Shown here piece after piece: positions 39,659 through 49,722 of a stretch of 64,000 nucleotides of DNA (position 1 is its first letter; the number at the start of each line of letters is the position of its first letter). The translations under genes and the position numbers were made by a program. This DNA comes from Escherichia coli (lineage in GTDB: Bacteria; Pseudomonadota; Gammaproteobacteria; Enterobacterales; Enterobacteriaceae), in NCBI RefSeq assembly GCF_046105845.1, contig NZ_CP151004.1; one strand, written 5' to 3'. Under the pieces are notes generated by a model that saw only the letters and a list, made by a program, of their open reading frames with translations, searched no databases and was not told where the DNA came from.

Positions 39659-42058
39659 ATGAAGCTAACCGATGCGGATAATGCCGCCGATGGCATTTTT
39701 TTCCCCGCCCTTGAGCAAAATATGATGGGCGCGGTGTTAATTAACGAAAATGATGAAGTGATGTTTTTCAACCCCGCCGCAGAGAAGCTCTGGGGGTACA
39801 AACGTGAAGAAGTTATTGGCAATAACATTGATATGCTGATTCCGCGGGATTTGCGTCCCGCGCATCCTGAATACATCCGTCACAACCGTGAAGGCGGTAA
39901 AGCGCGCGTCGAGGGGATGAGTCGGGAGCTGCAGCTGGAGAAAAAAGACGGCAGTAAAATCTGGACCCGTTTTGCGCTATCGAAAGTGAGCGCCGAGGGT
40001 AAAATTTATTACCTGGCGCTGGTACGAGATGCCAGCGTAGAAATGGCGCAAAAAGAACAGACCCGACAATTGATTATTGCCGTTGACCATCTCGACCGAC
40101 CGGTGATTGTCCTCGATCCGGAACGCCATATTGTGCAGTGCAATCGCGCATTTACCGAAATGTTTGGTTACTGCATTAGCGAAGCCAGCGGTATGCAGCC
40201 CGATACACTCCTGAACATTCCAGAATTCCCTGCTGATAACCGCATTCGTTTACAACAGTTGCTATGGAAAACCGCCCGCGATCAGGACGAATTTCTGCTG
40301 TTGACGCGCACCGGTGAAAAAATCTGGATTAAAGCCTCTATCAGCCCGGTCTATGATGTGCTCGCGCATCTGCAGAACCTGGTAATGACTTTCTCGGATA
40401 TCACCGAAGAACGGCAAATCCGCCAGCTTGAAGGCAATATTCTCGCCGCCATGTGCAGCAGCCCGCCATTTCATGAAATGGGGGAAATCATTTGTCGTAA
40501 CATCGAATCTGTTCTCAACGAATCGCATGTTTCGCTGTTCGCGCTGCGCAACGGGATGCCGATACACTGGGCGTCATCTTCGCACGGTACAGAAGTTCAA
40601 AATGCGCAAAGCTGGTCAGCGACCATTCGTCAGCGTGATGGCGCGCCGGCGGGGATCCTGCAAATTAAAACCTCGTCAGGAGCAGAAACCAGCGCCTTTA
40701 TCGAACGCGTGGCAGATATCAGCCAGCATATGGCCGCGCTGGCGCTGGAACAGGAAAAAAGCCGTCAGCATATTGAACAACTCATCCAATTTGATCCGAT
40801 GACCGGTCTGCCAAATCGCAATAACCTGCACAATTACCTCGATGACCTGGTCGACAAAGCCGTCTCTCCGGTGGTGTATCTCATCGGTGTTGACCATATT
40901 CAGGATGTGATTGATAGCCTTGGCTATGCGTGGGCCGATCAGGCATTGCTGGAAGTGGTCAATCGCTTTCGTGAAAAACTCAAACCGGATCAGTATCTCT
41001 GTCGTATCGAAGGTACGCAGTTTGTCCTCGTGAGCCTGGAAAACGACGTCAGTAACATTACCCAGATCGCCGATGAGCTACGGAATGTGGTCAGCAAGCC
41101 GATAATGATTGACGATAAACCATTCCCGCTTACCTTGAGTATTGGCATCAGCTACGACGTGGGTAAAAACCGCGATTACCTGCTCTCCACTGCTCACAAT
41201 GCAATGGATTATATTCGCAAGAATGGCGGTAACGGCTGGCAGTTCTTCAGCCCGGCGATGAACGAAATGGTAAAAGAGCGTTTGGTTTTAGGCGCAGCGC
41301 TGAAAGAAGCGATTAGCAATAACCAACTGAAACTGGTTTACCAGCCACAAATCTTCGCAGAAACGGGTGAACTCTACGGCATCGAAGCCCTTGCTCGCTG
41401 GCACGATCCCCTGCATGGTCATGTGCCCCCTTCACGGTTTATTCCTCTCGCAGAAGAGATTGGTGAAATCGAAAATATTGGGCGCTGGGTCATCGCGGAA
41501 GCTTGCCGTCAGTTAGCAGAATGGCGTAGCCAGAATATTCATATCCCGGCGTTATCCGTTAACTTGTCGGCGCTGCACTTTCGCAGTAATCAACTGCCTA
41601 ATCAGGTGTCTGATGCAATGCACGCCTGGGGTATTGACGGCCACCAGCTGACGGTGGAAATCACGGAAAGCATGATGATGGAACACGATACCGAAATCTT
41701 TAAGCGCATTCAGATCCTGCGCGATATGGGCGTGGGTTTATCGGTAGATGATTTTGGCACGGGCTTTTCCGGATTATCCCGCTTAGTCAGTCTTCCGGTA
41801 ACGGAAATCAAAATTGACAAAAGTTTTGTCGATCGTTGTCTGACCGAAAAACGCATCCTTGCCTTACTTGAAGCCATTACCAGCATTGGGCAAAGCCTTA
41901 ATTTAACCGTCGTGGCGGAAGGCGTCGAAACCAAAGAGCAATTTGAGATGCTACGCAAGATCCACTGTCGCGTTATTCAGGGATATTTCTTTTCCCGCCC
42001 CCTGCCCGCCGAAGAAATTCCAGGCTGGATGAGCAGCGTGTTACCGCTGAAAATCTGA
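39659..42058 (+). CDS. dosP: Heme/oxygen-sensing c-di-GMP phosphodiesterase DosP (PAS-PAS-GGDEF-EAL)
   Basis: 799-aa product MKLTDADNAADGIFFPALEQNMMGAVLINEND…; EAL motif region (…YGIEALARW…); matches K-12 DosP. Confidence 0.95.
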   Translation: MKLTDADNAADGIFFPALEQNMMGAVLINENDEVMFFNPAAEKLWGYKREEVIGNNIDMLIPRDLRPAHPEYIRHNREGGKARVEGMSRELQLEKKDGSKIWTRFALSKVSAEGKIYYLALVRDASVEMAQKEQTRQLIIAVDHLDRPVIVLDPERHIVQCNRAFTEMFGYCISEASGMQPDTLLNIPEFPADNRIRLQQLLWKTARDQDEFLLLTRTGEKIWIKASISPVYDVLAHLQNLVMTFSDITEERQIRQLEGNILAAMCSSPPFHEMGEIICRNIESVLNESHVSLFALRNGMPIHWASSSHGTEVQNAQSWSATIRQRDGAPAGILQIKTSSGAETSAFIERVADISQHMAALALEQEKSRQHIEQLIQFDPMTGLPNRNNLHNYLDDLVDKAVSPVVYLIGVDHIQDVIDSLGYAWADQALLEVVNRFREKLKPDQYLCRIEGTQFVLVSLENDVSNITQIADELRNVVSKPIMIDDKPFPLTLSIGISYDVGKNRDYLLSTAHNAMDYIRKNGGNGWQFFSPAMNEMVKERLVLGAALKEAISNNQLKLVYQPQIFAETGELYGIEALARWHDPLHGHVPPSRFIPLAEEIGEIENIGRWVIAEACRQLAEWRSQNIHIPALSVNLSALHFRSNQLPNQVSDAMHAWGIDGHQLTVEITESMMMEHDTEIFKRIQILRDMGVGLSVDDFGTGFSGLSRLVSLPVTEIKIDKSFVDRCLTEKRILALLEAITSIGQSLNLTVVAEGVETKEQFEMLRKIHCRVIQGYFFSRPLPAEEIPGWMSSVLPLKI

Positions 42059-42255
42059 CAAATTCCTCTCGCCCGCACTCGCGGGTTTTCCTTTAAAGTG
42101 ACACTGTCACTTAAATACTGTGATTTCAGCTACGATTCCGGGAGATTCCTTCCTTAACTTCCCCTCTTGCACCAAAACTGCACTACGCTGCACAAATGTT
42201 GATCAAAAGTTAAAAAATATAACTTTAAGCCAGCATTCTGGCGCTTATCCCGGCA

Positions 42256-42271
42256 TGGCATGAGATCTGCA
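42256..42271 (+). promoter_or_regulatory. Sigma54-type -24/-12 promoter element TGGCAT-N5-CTGCA upstream of ddpX
   Basis: GG and GC dinucleotides with correct spacing (consensus TGGCAC-N5-TTGCA), 45 bp upstream of ddpX ATG; ddp operon is known to be nitrogen (NtrC) regulated. Confidence 0.6.
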
Positions 42272-42315
42272 TAAGCGGAAAGCGCAGCAATTTTTGTCTT
42301 ATACAGGAACCGTTT

Positions 42316-42897
42316 ATGTCGGATACCACCGAACTGGTTGATTTAGCCGTGATCTTCCCTGATCTGGAGATCGAATTGAAATACGCCTGCGCTGATAACA
42401 TCACAGGTAAAGCTATTTATCAGCAAGCGCGTTGTCTGTTACACAAGGATGCGATTACCGCGCTGGCGAAAAGTATCAGTATCGCCCAGCTGTCAGGCTT
42501 ACAACTGGTGATTTACGATGCGTATCGCCCACAACAAGCACAGGCGATGTTGTGGCAAACCTGCCCAGACCCGCAATATGTTGTTGATGTGGCGGTCGGT
42601 TCTAATCACAGCCGTGGCACGGCGATCGACCTGACGCTTCGTGATGAGCACGGGAACATCCTGGATATGGGTGCAGAGTTCGATGAAATGCACGAACGTT
42701 CCCATGCTTATCACCCTTCCGTCCCGCCCGCTGCTCAGCGCAATCGGCTGTTGCTGAATGCGATTATGACTGGCGGTGGCTTTGTCGGTATCCCGAGCGA
42801 ATGGTGGCACTTCGAATTACCCCTGGCAGCGAGTTACCCACTACTCGCTGATCAATTCACCTGTTTTATATCCCCTGGCACACAGCACGCCAGTTAA
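42316..42897 (+). CDS. ddpX: D-Ala-D-Ala dipeptidase (VanX-like)
   Basis: 193-aa ORF MSDTTELVDLAVIFPDLEIELKYACADNITG…; matches K-12 DdpX. Confidence 0.95.
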   Translation: MSDTTELVDLAVIFPDLEIELKYACADNITGKAIYQQARCLLHKDAITALAKSISIAQLSGLQLVIYDAYRPQQAQAMLWQTCPDPQYVVDVAVGSNHSRGTAIDLTLRDEHGNILDMGAEFDEMHERSHAYHPSVPPAAQRNRLLLNAIMTGGGFVGIPSEWWHFELPLAASYPLLADQFTCFISPGTQHAS

Positions 42898-42910
42898 TCA
42901 GGAAACTGTC

Positions 42911-44461
42911 ATGAAGAGATCGATATCGTTTCGTCCTACATTGCTCGCGATCGTCCTTGCCACAACAATGCCGGTTGCGCACGCCGCCGTACCGAAAGAT
43001 ATGCTGGTGATCGGTAAAGCTGCCGACCCACAAACCCTCGACCCAGCGGTGACAATTGATAATAACGACTGGACAGTGACCTACCCGTCTTATCAGCGAC
43101 TGGTTCAGTACAAAACGGACGGTGATAAAGGCTCAACCGACGTTGAAGGCGATCTGGCGAGTAGCTGGAAAGCGTCTGACGATCAAAAAGAGTGGACGTT
43201 CACCCTGAAGGACAATGCTAAATTTGCCGATGGCACACCTGTCACTGCCGAAGCAGTAAAACTCTCTTTTGAGCGGTTACTAAAAATCGGCCAGGGGCCA
43301 GCAGAAGCATTTCCCAAAGATTTAAAGATTGATGCTCCCGACGAACATACGGTGAAGTTTACCCTTAGCCAACCATTCGCACCGTTCCTCTACACGCTGG
43401 CGAATGACGGTGCATCCATTATCAATCCGGCGGTCTTAAAGGAACATGCAGCGGATGATGCCCGTGGTTTCCTCGCGCAAAATACCGCTGGCTCCGGACC
43501 GTTTATGCTGAAAAGCTGGCAAAAAGGTCAGCAATTAGTTCTGGTGCCAAATCCGCATTACCCCGGTAATAAACCGAATTTCAAACGGGTATCGGTAAAA
43601 ATTATCGGTGAAAGTGCTTCCCGTCGCCTGCAGCTCTCCCGTGGCGACATTGACATTGCCGATGCGCTGCCGGTGGATCAACTCAACGCACTGAAGCAGG
43701 AAAACAAAGTCAATGTGGCAGAGTATCCGTCACTGCGCGTCACCTATCTGTATCTGAATAACAGCAAAGCGCCACTTAATCAGGCGGATCTGCGTCGGGC
43801 CATTTCCTGGTCTACCGATTATCAGGGTATGGTTAACGGCATTCTGAGTGGTAACGGAAAACAAATGCGCGGCCCGATTCCGGAAGGCATGTGGGGATAC
43901 GATGCGACGGCAATGCAATACAACCATGACGAAACGAAAGCCAAAGCCGAATGGGATAAAGTGACGAGCAAACCCACCAGCCTGACGTTTCTCTATTCTG
44001 ATAATGATCCGAACTGGGAGCCTATTGCTCTGGCGACACAATCCAGTCTCAACAAGCTGGGCATCAATGTGAAGCTGGAAAAGCTGGCGAACGCCACCAT
44101 GCGCGACAGAGTGGGTAAAGGTGATTACGACATTGCGATTGGCAACTGGAGCCCGGATTTTGCCGACCCGTATATGTTTATGAATTACTGGTTTGAGTCA
44201 GACAAAAAAGGTCTGCCGGGTAACCGCTCGTTCTATGAAAACAGTGAGGTCGATAAGCTACTGCGCAATGCGCTAGCGACCACCGACCAGACGCAGCGTA
44301 CCCGGGACTACCAGCAGGCACAGAAAATCGTCATTGATGACGCTGCTTATGTGTACCTGTTCCAGAAAAACTACCAACTGGCGATGAACAAAGAGGTGAA
44401 AGGTTTTGTGTTCAATCCCATGCTGGAACAGGTCTTCAATATCAATACCATGAGTAAATAA
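42911..44461 (+). CDS. ddpA: Dipeptide ABC transporter periplasmic binding protein
   Basis: 516-aa product with signal peptide MKRSISFRPTLLAIVLATTMPVAHA; SBP family 5. Confidence 0.9.
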   Translation: MKRSISFRPTLLAIVLATTMPVAHAAVPKDMLVIGKAADPQTLDPAVTIDNNDWTVTYPSYQRLVQYKTDGDKGSTDVEGDLASSWKASDDQKEWTFTLKDNAKFADGTPVTAEAVKLSFERLLKIGQGPAEAFPKDLKIDAPDEHTVKFTLSQPFAPFLYTLANDGASIINPAVLKEHAADDARGFLAQNTAGSGPFMLKSWQKGQQLVLVPNPHYPGNKPNFKRVSVKIIGESASRRLQLSRGDIDIADALPVDQLNALKQENKVNVAEYPSLRVTYLYLNNSKAPLNQADLRRAISWSTDYQGMVNGILSGNGKQMRGPIPEGMWGYDATAMQYNHDETKAKAEWDKVTSKPTSLTFLYSDNDPNWEPIALATQSSLNKLGINVKLEKLANATMRDRVGKGDYDIAIGNWSPDFADPYMFMNYWFESDKKGLPGNRSFYENSEVDKLLRNALATTDQTQRTRDYQQAQKIVIDDAAYVYLFQKNYQLAMNKEVKGFVFNPMLEQVFNINTMSK

Positions 44462-44462
44462 C

Positions 44463-45485
44463 GTGACCTTCTGGAGTATTTTACGCCAACGCTGCTGGGG
44501 GCTGGTGCTCGTGGTGGCGGGCGTCTGTGTGATTACGTTTATTATCTCGCATCTTATCCCCGGCGATCCGGCGCGGTTACTGGCGGGTGACCGCGCCAGC
44601 GATGCTATCGTGGATAATATTCGCCAGCAACTGGGACTGGACCAGCCACTGTACGTACAGTTTTACCGCTACGTCAGCGACCTGTTTCAGGGTGACCTGG
44701 GAACATCCATTCGTACCGGGCGTCCGGTGCTGGAAGAGTTGCGCATATTTTTCCCGGCGACGCTGGAACTGGCTTTTTGTGCCCTGCTGCTGGCACTCCT
44801 GATTGGCATCCCGCTGGGCATACTCTCTGCAGTCTGGCGAAATCGCTGGCTGGATCATCTGGTGCGAATAATGGCCATTACCGGAATCTCCACACCTGCG
44901 TTCTGGCTTGGGCTGGGCGTCATTGTGCTGTTTTATGGTCATCTGCAAATTCTTCCCGGCGGCGGAAGGCTTGATGACTGGCTGGATCCACCAACGCACG
45001 TTACCGGCTTTTATCTGCTCGATGCGCTGCTTGAAGGCAACGGTGAAGTCTTCTTCAATGCGCTGCAACATCTCATCTTACCGGCATTAACGCTGGCGTT
45101 CGTTCACCTGGGAATTGTCGCTCGCCAGATCCGCTCAGCGATGCTGGAACAATTGAGTGAAGACTACATTCGTACCGCCCGGGCCAGCGGCTTGCCCGGC
45201 TGGTATATCGTTTTATGTTATGCGCTACCCAATGCGTTGATCCCCTCGATTACCGTATTGGGGCTGGCGCTGGGCGATTTGTTGTATGGCGCAGTGCTCA
45301 CCGAAACCGTTTTTGCCTGGCCCGGAATGGGGGCATGGGTAGTGACATCAATACAGGCGCTCGACTTCCCTGCGGTGATGGGATTTGCCGTCGTGGTTTC
45401 GTTTGCTTATGTGCTGGTGAACCTGGTGGTGGATTTGCTCTATTTGTGGATTGATCCGCGTATCGGACGTGGAGGTGGTGAATGA
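44463..45485 (+). CDS. ddpB: Dipeptide ABC transporter permease
   Basis: 340-aa, GTG start, DppB-like permease. Confidence 0.9.
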   Translation: MTFWSILRQRCWGLVLVVAGVCVITFIISHLIPGDPARLLAGDRASDAIVDNIRQQLGLDQPLYVQFYRYVSDLFQGDLGTSIRTGRPVLEELRIFFPATLELAFCALLLALLIGIPLGILSAVWRNRWLDHLVRIMAITGISTPAFWLGLGVIVLFYGHLQILPGGGRLDDWLDPPTHVTGFYLLDALLEGNGEVFFNALQHLILPALTLAFVHLGIVARQIRSAMLEQLSEDYIRTARASGLPGWYIVLCYALPNALIPSITVLGLALGDLLYGAVLTETVFAWPGMGAWVVTSIQALDFPAVMGFAVVVSFAYVLVNLVVDLLYLWIDPRIGRGGGE

Positions 45486-46378
45486 TGCTAAGCGAGGAAA
45501 CGTCAGCCGTGCGCCCACCAAAACAAACGCGATTTAACGGTGCAAAACTGGTATGGATGCTGAAAGGCAGCCCGCTTACCGTGACCGGCGCAGTCATCAT
45601 TGTATTAATGCTACTGATGATGATTTTTTCACCGTGGCTGGCGACGCATGATCCCAACGCCATTGATTTAACCGCCCGCCTTTTGCCGCCTTCTGCGGCG
45701 CACTGGTTTGGCACCGATGAAGTGGGACGCGATCTGTTTAGCCGCGTACTGGTCGGCAGTCAGCAATCAATTCTCGCCGGATTAGTGGTAGTCGCCATTG
45801 CAGGTATGATGGGGTCGCTACTCGGGTGTCTATCCGGTGTGCTTGGCGGACGCGCAGACGCGATTATCATGCGCATCATGGACATTATGCTGTCGATTCC
45901 TTCGCTGGTGCTGACAATGGCACTGGCAGCCGCTCTCGGTCCGAGTTTGTTTAACGCCATGCTGGCGATTGCTATTGTGCGAATTCCCTTTTATGTGCGC
46001 CTGGCGCGGGGGCAAACATTAGTTGTTCGCCAGTACACTTACGTTCAGGCGGCGAAAACCTTTGGTGCGTCACGCTGGCATCTGATCAACTGGCATATTT
46101 TACGTAACTCCCTGCCGCCGCTGATTGTGCAGGCATCGCTGGATATCGGTAGCGCGATTTTAATGGCCGCCACGTTGGGATTTATTGGCCTGGGTGCTCA
46201 ACAACCGAGTGCTGAATGGGGGGCGATGGTGGCGAATGGTCGCAACTATGTGCTCGATCAATGGTGGTATTGCGCATTTCCGGGGGCAGCGATTTTGCTT
46301 ACCGCCGTCGGGTTTAATCTCTTTGGCGATGGTATTCGCGATCTGCTTGACCCGAAAGCAGGAGGAAAGCAGTCATGA
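45482..46378 (+). CDS. ddpC: Dipeptide ABC transporter permease
   Basis: 298-aa DppC-like permease; ATGA overlap with ddpB stop. Confidence 0.9.
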   Translation: MMLSEETSAVRPPKQTRFNGAKLVWMLKGSPLTVTGAVIIVLMLLMMIFSPWLATHDPNAIDLTARLLPPSAAHWFGTDEVGRDLFSRVLVGSQQSILAGLVVVAIAGMMGSLLGCLSGVLGGRADAIIMRIMDIMLSIPSLVLTMALAAALGPSLFNAMLAIAIVRIPFYVRLARGQTLVVRQYTYVQAAKTFGASRWHLINWHILRNSLPPLIVQASLDIGSAILMAATLGFIGLGAQQPSAEWGAMVANGRNYVLDQWWYCAFPGAAILLTAVGFNLFGDGIRDLLDPKAGGKQS

Positions 46379-47361
46379 CCCAACCCGTTCTGGACATTCA
46401 ACAGCTGCATTTGAGTTTCCCCGGTTTTAACGGCGACGTTCACGCGCTCAACAATGTGTCATTGAAAATCAACCGCGGTGAAATTGTCGGTCTGGTGGGA
46501 GAATCCGGCTCGGGTAAATCAGTCACTGCAATGTTGATTATGCGTCTGCTACCGACGGGCAGTTATTGCGTACATCGGGGGCAGATTTCACTGCTGGGAG
46601 AAGATGCTCTTAACGCTCGGGAAAAGCAGCTTCGTCAGTGGCGCGGCGCACGAGTGGCGATGATCTTTCAGGAACCGATGACCGCCCTTAATCCGACACG
46701 TCGAATAGGTCTTCAGATGATGGACGTGATCCGCCATCATCAGCCAATAAGTCGTCGGGAAGCCAGAGCTAAAGCGATTGCCCTGCTGGAAGAGATGCAA
46801 ATCCCGGATGCCGTGGAAGTTATGTCGCGCTATCCGTTTGAGCTTTCAGGTGGTATGCGCCAGCGGGTAATGATTGCGCTGGCATTCTCCTGCGAGCCGC
46901 AATTGATTATTGCCGACGAACCGACTACGGCGCTGGACGTCACGGTACAGTTGCAGGTACTGCGTCTGCTTAAACATAAAGCCCGCGCCAGTGGAACTGC
47001 GGTACTGTTCATCAGCCATGATATGGCCGTGGTGTCGCAACTGTGCGATAGCGTTTACGTGATGTATGCCGGAAGCGTGATTGAGAGCGGCGTGACGGCA
47101 GACGTTATCCATCATCCCCGGCATCCGTATACCATTGGTTTGCTGCAATGCGCACCGGAACATGGAATACCGCGCCAGCCATTACCCGCCATTCCAGGGA
47201 CGGTACCAAACCTCACCCATTTGCCTGACGGCTGCGCTTTTCGCGATCGTTGCTATGCGGCAGGTGCACAGTGTGAAAACGTCCCGGCGCTGACAGCGTG
47301 TGGTGACAACAACCACCGCTGCGCCTGTTGGTATCCTCAGCAGGAGGTCATTAGTGTCTGA
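46375..47361 (+). CDS. ddpD: Dipeptide ABC transporter ATP-binding protein
   Basis: 328-aa, Walker A GESGSGKS, signature LSGGMRQR. Confidence 0.9.
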   Translation: MTQPVLDIQQLHLSFPGFNGDVHALNNVSLKINRGEIVGLVGESGSGKSVTAMLIMRLLPTGSYCVHRGQISLLGEDALNAREKQLRQWRGARVAMIFQEPMTALNPTRRIGLQMMDVIRHHQPISRREARAKAIALLEEMQIPDAVEVMSRYPFELSGGMRQRVMIALAFSCEPQLIIADEPTTALDVTVQLQVLRLLKHKARASGTAVLFISHDMAVVSQLCDSVYVMYAGSVIESGVTADVIHHPRHPYTIGLLQCAPEHGIPRQPLPAIPGTVPNLTHLPDGCAFRDRCYAAGAQCENVPALTACGDNNHRCACWYPQQEVISV

Positions 47362-48280
47362 CACGTTATTAACGTTACGCGACGTCCATATCAATTTCCC
47401 TGCCCGAAAAAACTGGCTTGGTAAAACTACGGAACATGTTCATGCCATCAATGGTATTGATTTACAGATCCGTCGTGGTGAAACCTTAGGGATCGTCGGT
47501 GAGTCAGGCTGCGGCAAAAGCACCCTCGCACAGCTTTTAATGGGTATGCTGCAACCGAGCCACGGGCAGTACATCCGTTCAGGATCACAACGCATTATGC
47601 AGATGGTGTTTCAGGACCCGCTCTCTTCGCTTAATCCGCGCTTACCGGTGTGGCGCATCATCACGGAACCGCTCTGGATTGCTAAGCGTAGTAGTGAACA
47701 ACAGCGGCGAGCGTTGGCAGAGGAGCTGGCTGTGCAGGTGGGTATTCGTCCGGAGTATCTCGACCGCTTGCCTCATGCGTTCTCAGGCGGGCAGCGGCAA
47801 CGTATCGCCATTGCCAGAGCACTCTCTTCGCAGCCTGACGTGATTGTGCTTGATGAACCAACCTCGGCGCTGGATATCTCCGTGCAGGCGCAGATCCTCA
47901 ATTTACTGGTAACGCTACAGGAAAATCGCGAGCTGACTTATGTGCTGATTTCACACAATGTCTCGGTGATACGTCATATGAGCGATCGGGTGGCGGTGAT
48001 GTATCTCGGACAGATTGTGGAACTAGGAGACGCGCAACAGGTGCTGACAGCTCCGGCACATCCATACACCCGATTATTGCTGGATTCCCTCCCCGCCATT
48101 GATAAACCGCTGGAGGAAGAATGGGCATTACGTAAAACGGATCTGCCGGGAAACCGCACGTTGCCACAAGGCTGTTTTTTCCGCGAACGCTGCCCTCTGG
48201 CAACCCACGGATGTGAAGTCCGGCAATCATTAACAATAAGGGAGGACGGACGTGAGATCCGGTGCTGGCGGGCGCTGTAG
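47354..48280 (+). CDS. ddpF: Dipeptide ABC transporter ATP-binding protein
   Basis: 308-aa from GTG 47354 (VSDTLLTLRDVHINF…), Walker A GESGCGKST, signature FSGGQRQR; 8-bp overlap with ddpD. Confidence 0.85.
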   Translation: MSDTLLTLRDVHINFPARKNWLGKTTEHVHAINGIDLQIRRGETLGIVGESGCGKSTLAQLLMGMLQPSHGQYIRSGSQRIMQMVFQDPLSSLNPRLPVWRIITEPLWIAKRSSEQQRRALAEELAVQVGIRPEYLDRLPHAFSGGQRQRIAIARALSSQPDVIVLDEPTSALDISVQAQILNLLVTLQENRELTYVLISHNVSVIRHMSDRVAVMYLGQIVELGDAQQVLTAPAHPYTRLLLDSLPAIDKPLEEEWALRKTDLPGNRTLPQGCFFRERCPLATHGCEVRQSLTIREDGREIRCWRAL

Positions 48281-48282
48281 AG

Positions 48283-48335
48283 ACGCTAACAACGCATCAG
48301 GCAATCACGCGCCTGACGCGTCATCCGGCAACGCT
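48283..48335. repeat. REP-like palindromic element between convergent ddpF and osmC
   Basis: …CGCATCAGGCAATCACGCGCCTGACGCGTCATCCGGCA… imperfect GC-rich palindromes resembling REP units. Confidence 0.4.
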
Positions 48336-48767
48336 TTATGATTTCAACTGGTAATCAAGCGTAATTTCAGCTTTCAGTACCTGAGAAACCGGGCATCCTG
48401 CTTTTGCTTTCTGGATAATGCCGTCAAAGGTGGCTGCATCAATACCCGGCACCGCAACTTCGCTCTTCAGTGCGATTTTAGTAATCGCAAAACCGGCATC
48501 CACTTTATCCAGCGACACATCGGCGGTGGTATCAATCGATGTTGGCGTGAATCCCGCTTCCCCCAGCATTAATGAAAGCGCCATTGAGAAACATGCGGCA
48601 TGCGCTGCGCCAATCAGTTCTTCAGGGTTGGTTCCTTTTTCGCCTTCAAAACGCGTGTTAAATCCATACGGCTGTTGGTTCAGCACGCCGCTCTCGGTGG
48701 ATACTGTTCCCTTCCCGCGTTTGATATCGCCTTCCCAGTGTGCCTGACCTTTCTTATGGATTGTCAT
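48336..48767 (-). CDS. osmC: Osmotically inducible peroxiredoxin OsmC
   Basis: 143-aa minus-strand ORF MTIHKKGQAHWEGDIKRGKGTVSTESG…; matches K-12 OsmC. Confidence 0.95.
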   Translation of the reverse strand: MTIHKKGQAHWEGDIKRGKGTVSTESGVLNQQPYGFNTRFEGEKGTNPEELIGAAHAACFSMALSLMLGEAGFTPTSIDTTADVSLDKVDAGFAITKIALKSEVAVPGIDAATFDGIIQKAKAGCPVSQVLKAEITLDYQLKS

Positions 48768-49111
48768 TGTTGCTCTCCTGTGGGTTTAAAAAGGAAATTA
48801 TAGACTACGTGAGAAACAGCACGAGGATAAGCAGGATATTCCGAATGAAATCCGGCGAAAACATTATTTCTGTACTTAAATTAAATTCCCACAATAGATA
48901 ACGGGGAATATATAATCCAAAAGATATTGTATCAATATTAATCGGATCACCCCAATTACAATCCCTATGAATATCATGGTGTTAAAATATAAAAATTATC
49001 AACCAGGACTAATCTTAACAACGAAGCGGCAAATATTTGCCATGCTGAATGTGCTTTATAAATCTGCGATCCGTAGCAGACACCATAAATACACAGACAC
49101 GGAGAATCACT

Positions 49112-49327
49112 ATGTTTACTTATTATCAGGCAGAAAATTCAACAGCAGAACCCGCTCTGGTTAATGCCATTGAGCAAGGCCTTCGGGCAGAGCACGGTGT
49201 TGTCACTGAAGATGACATTCTCATGGAGCTGACCAAATGGGTGGAAGCTTCTGATAACGACATCCTCAGTGATATCTACCAGCAAACGATCAATTATGTG
49301 GTCAGTGGCCAGCACCCTACGCTTTAA
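49112..49327 (+). CDS. bdm: Biofilm-dependent modulation protein Bdm
   Basis: 71-aa product MFTYYQAENSTAEPALVNAIEQGLRAEHGVV…; GGAGA RBS upstream. Confidence 0.9.
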   Translation: MFTYYQAENSTAEPALVNAIEQGLRAEHGVVTEDDILMELTKWVEASDNDILSDIYQQTINYVVSGQHPTL

Positions 49328-49428
49328 GGTGCTATGCTTGATCGGCAACCTAATTTAGGGGTTTAGCACGTGTTTCTTCGCTACGGCGATGTTGTCCTTA
49401 AAACTAGCAACAGGATTGAGGAGTTAAA

Positions 49429-49566
49429 ATGAAATCGAACCGTCAGGCACGTCATATTCTTGGACTGGACCATAAAATTTCTAACCAGCGCAAAATAGTT
49501 ACCGAAGGTGACAAATCCAGCGTGGTAAATAACCCAACCGGCAGAAAACGCCCCGCTGAAAAGTAA
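49429..49566 (+). CDS. sra: Stationary-phase ribosome-associated protein Sra (S22)
   Basis: 45-aa product [52 protein letters not shown] upstream; below the ORF-track length cut-off. Confidence 0.85.
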
Positions 49567-49597
49567 TTCATAACCATCAGTCCTCAATGACGATTAA

Positions 49598-49630
49598 ACA
49601 CCATTGCCTGCGCAATGGTGTTTTTGTTTT
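49598..49630 (+). terminator. Rho-independent terminator after sra
   Basis: ACACCATTGC-CTGC-GCAATGGTGT followed by TTTTTGTTTTT. Confidence 0.85.
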
Positions 49631-49722
49631 TATCTGCTTTATACTTGGGGCCGACGCCCTGGCGGTAAAGCAAAGACGATAAAAGCGTGCCAGGGATGGA
49701 TATTCAAAAAAGAGTGAGTGAC

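Noticed and set aside
44577-45071. 164-aa minus-strand ORF inside ddpB
   Set aside because: Antisense to the permease gene; no RBS or conserved features.
49687-49722. Upstream in-frame ATG extending maeA by 12 codons ([12 protein letters not shown])
   Set aside because: The extension is not part of the conserved malic enzyme N-terminus as I recall it; the ATG at 49723 is kept as the start, though the longer form cannot be excluded without expression data.
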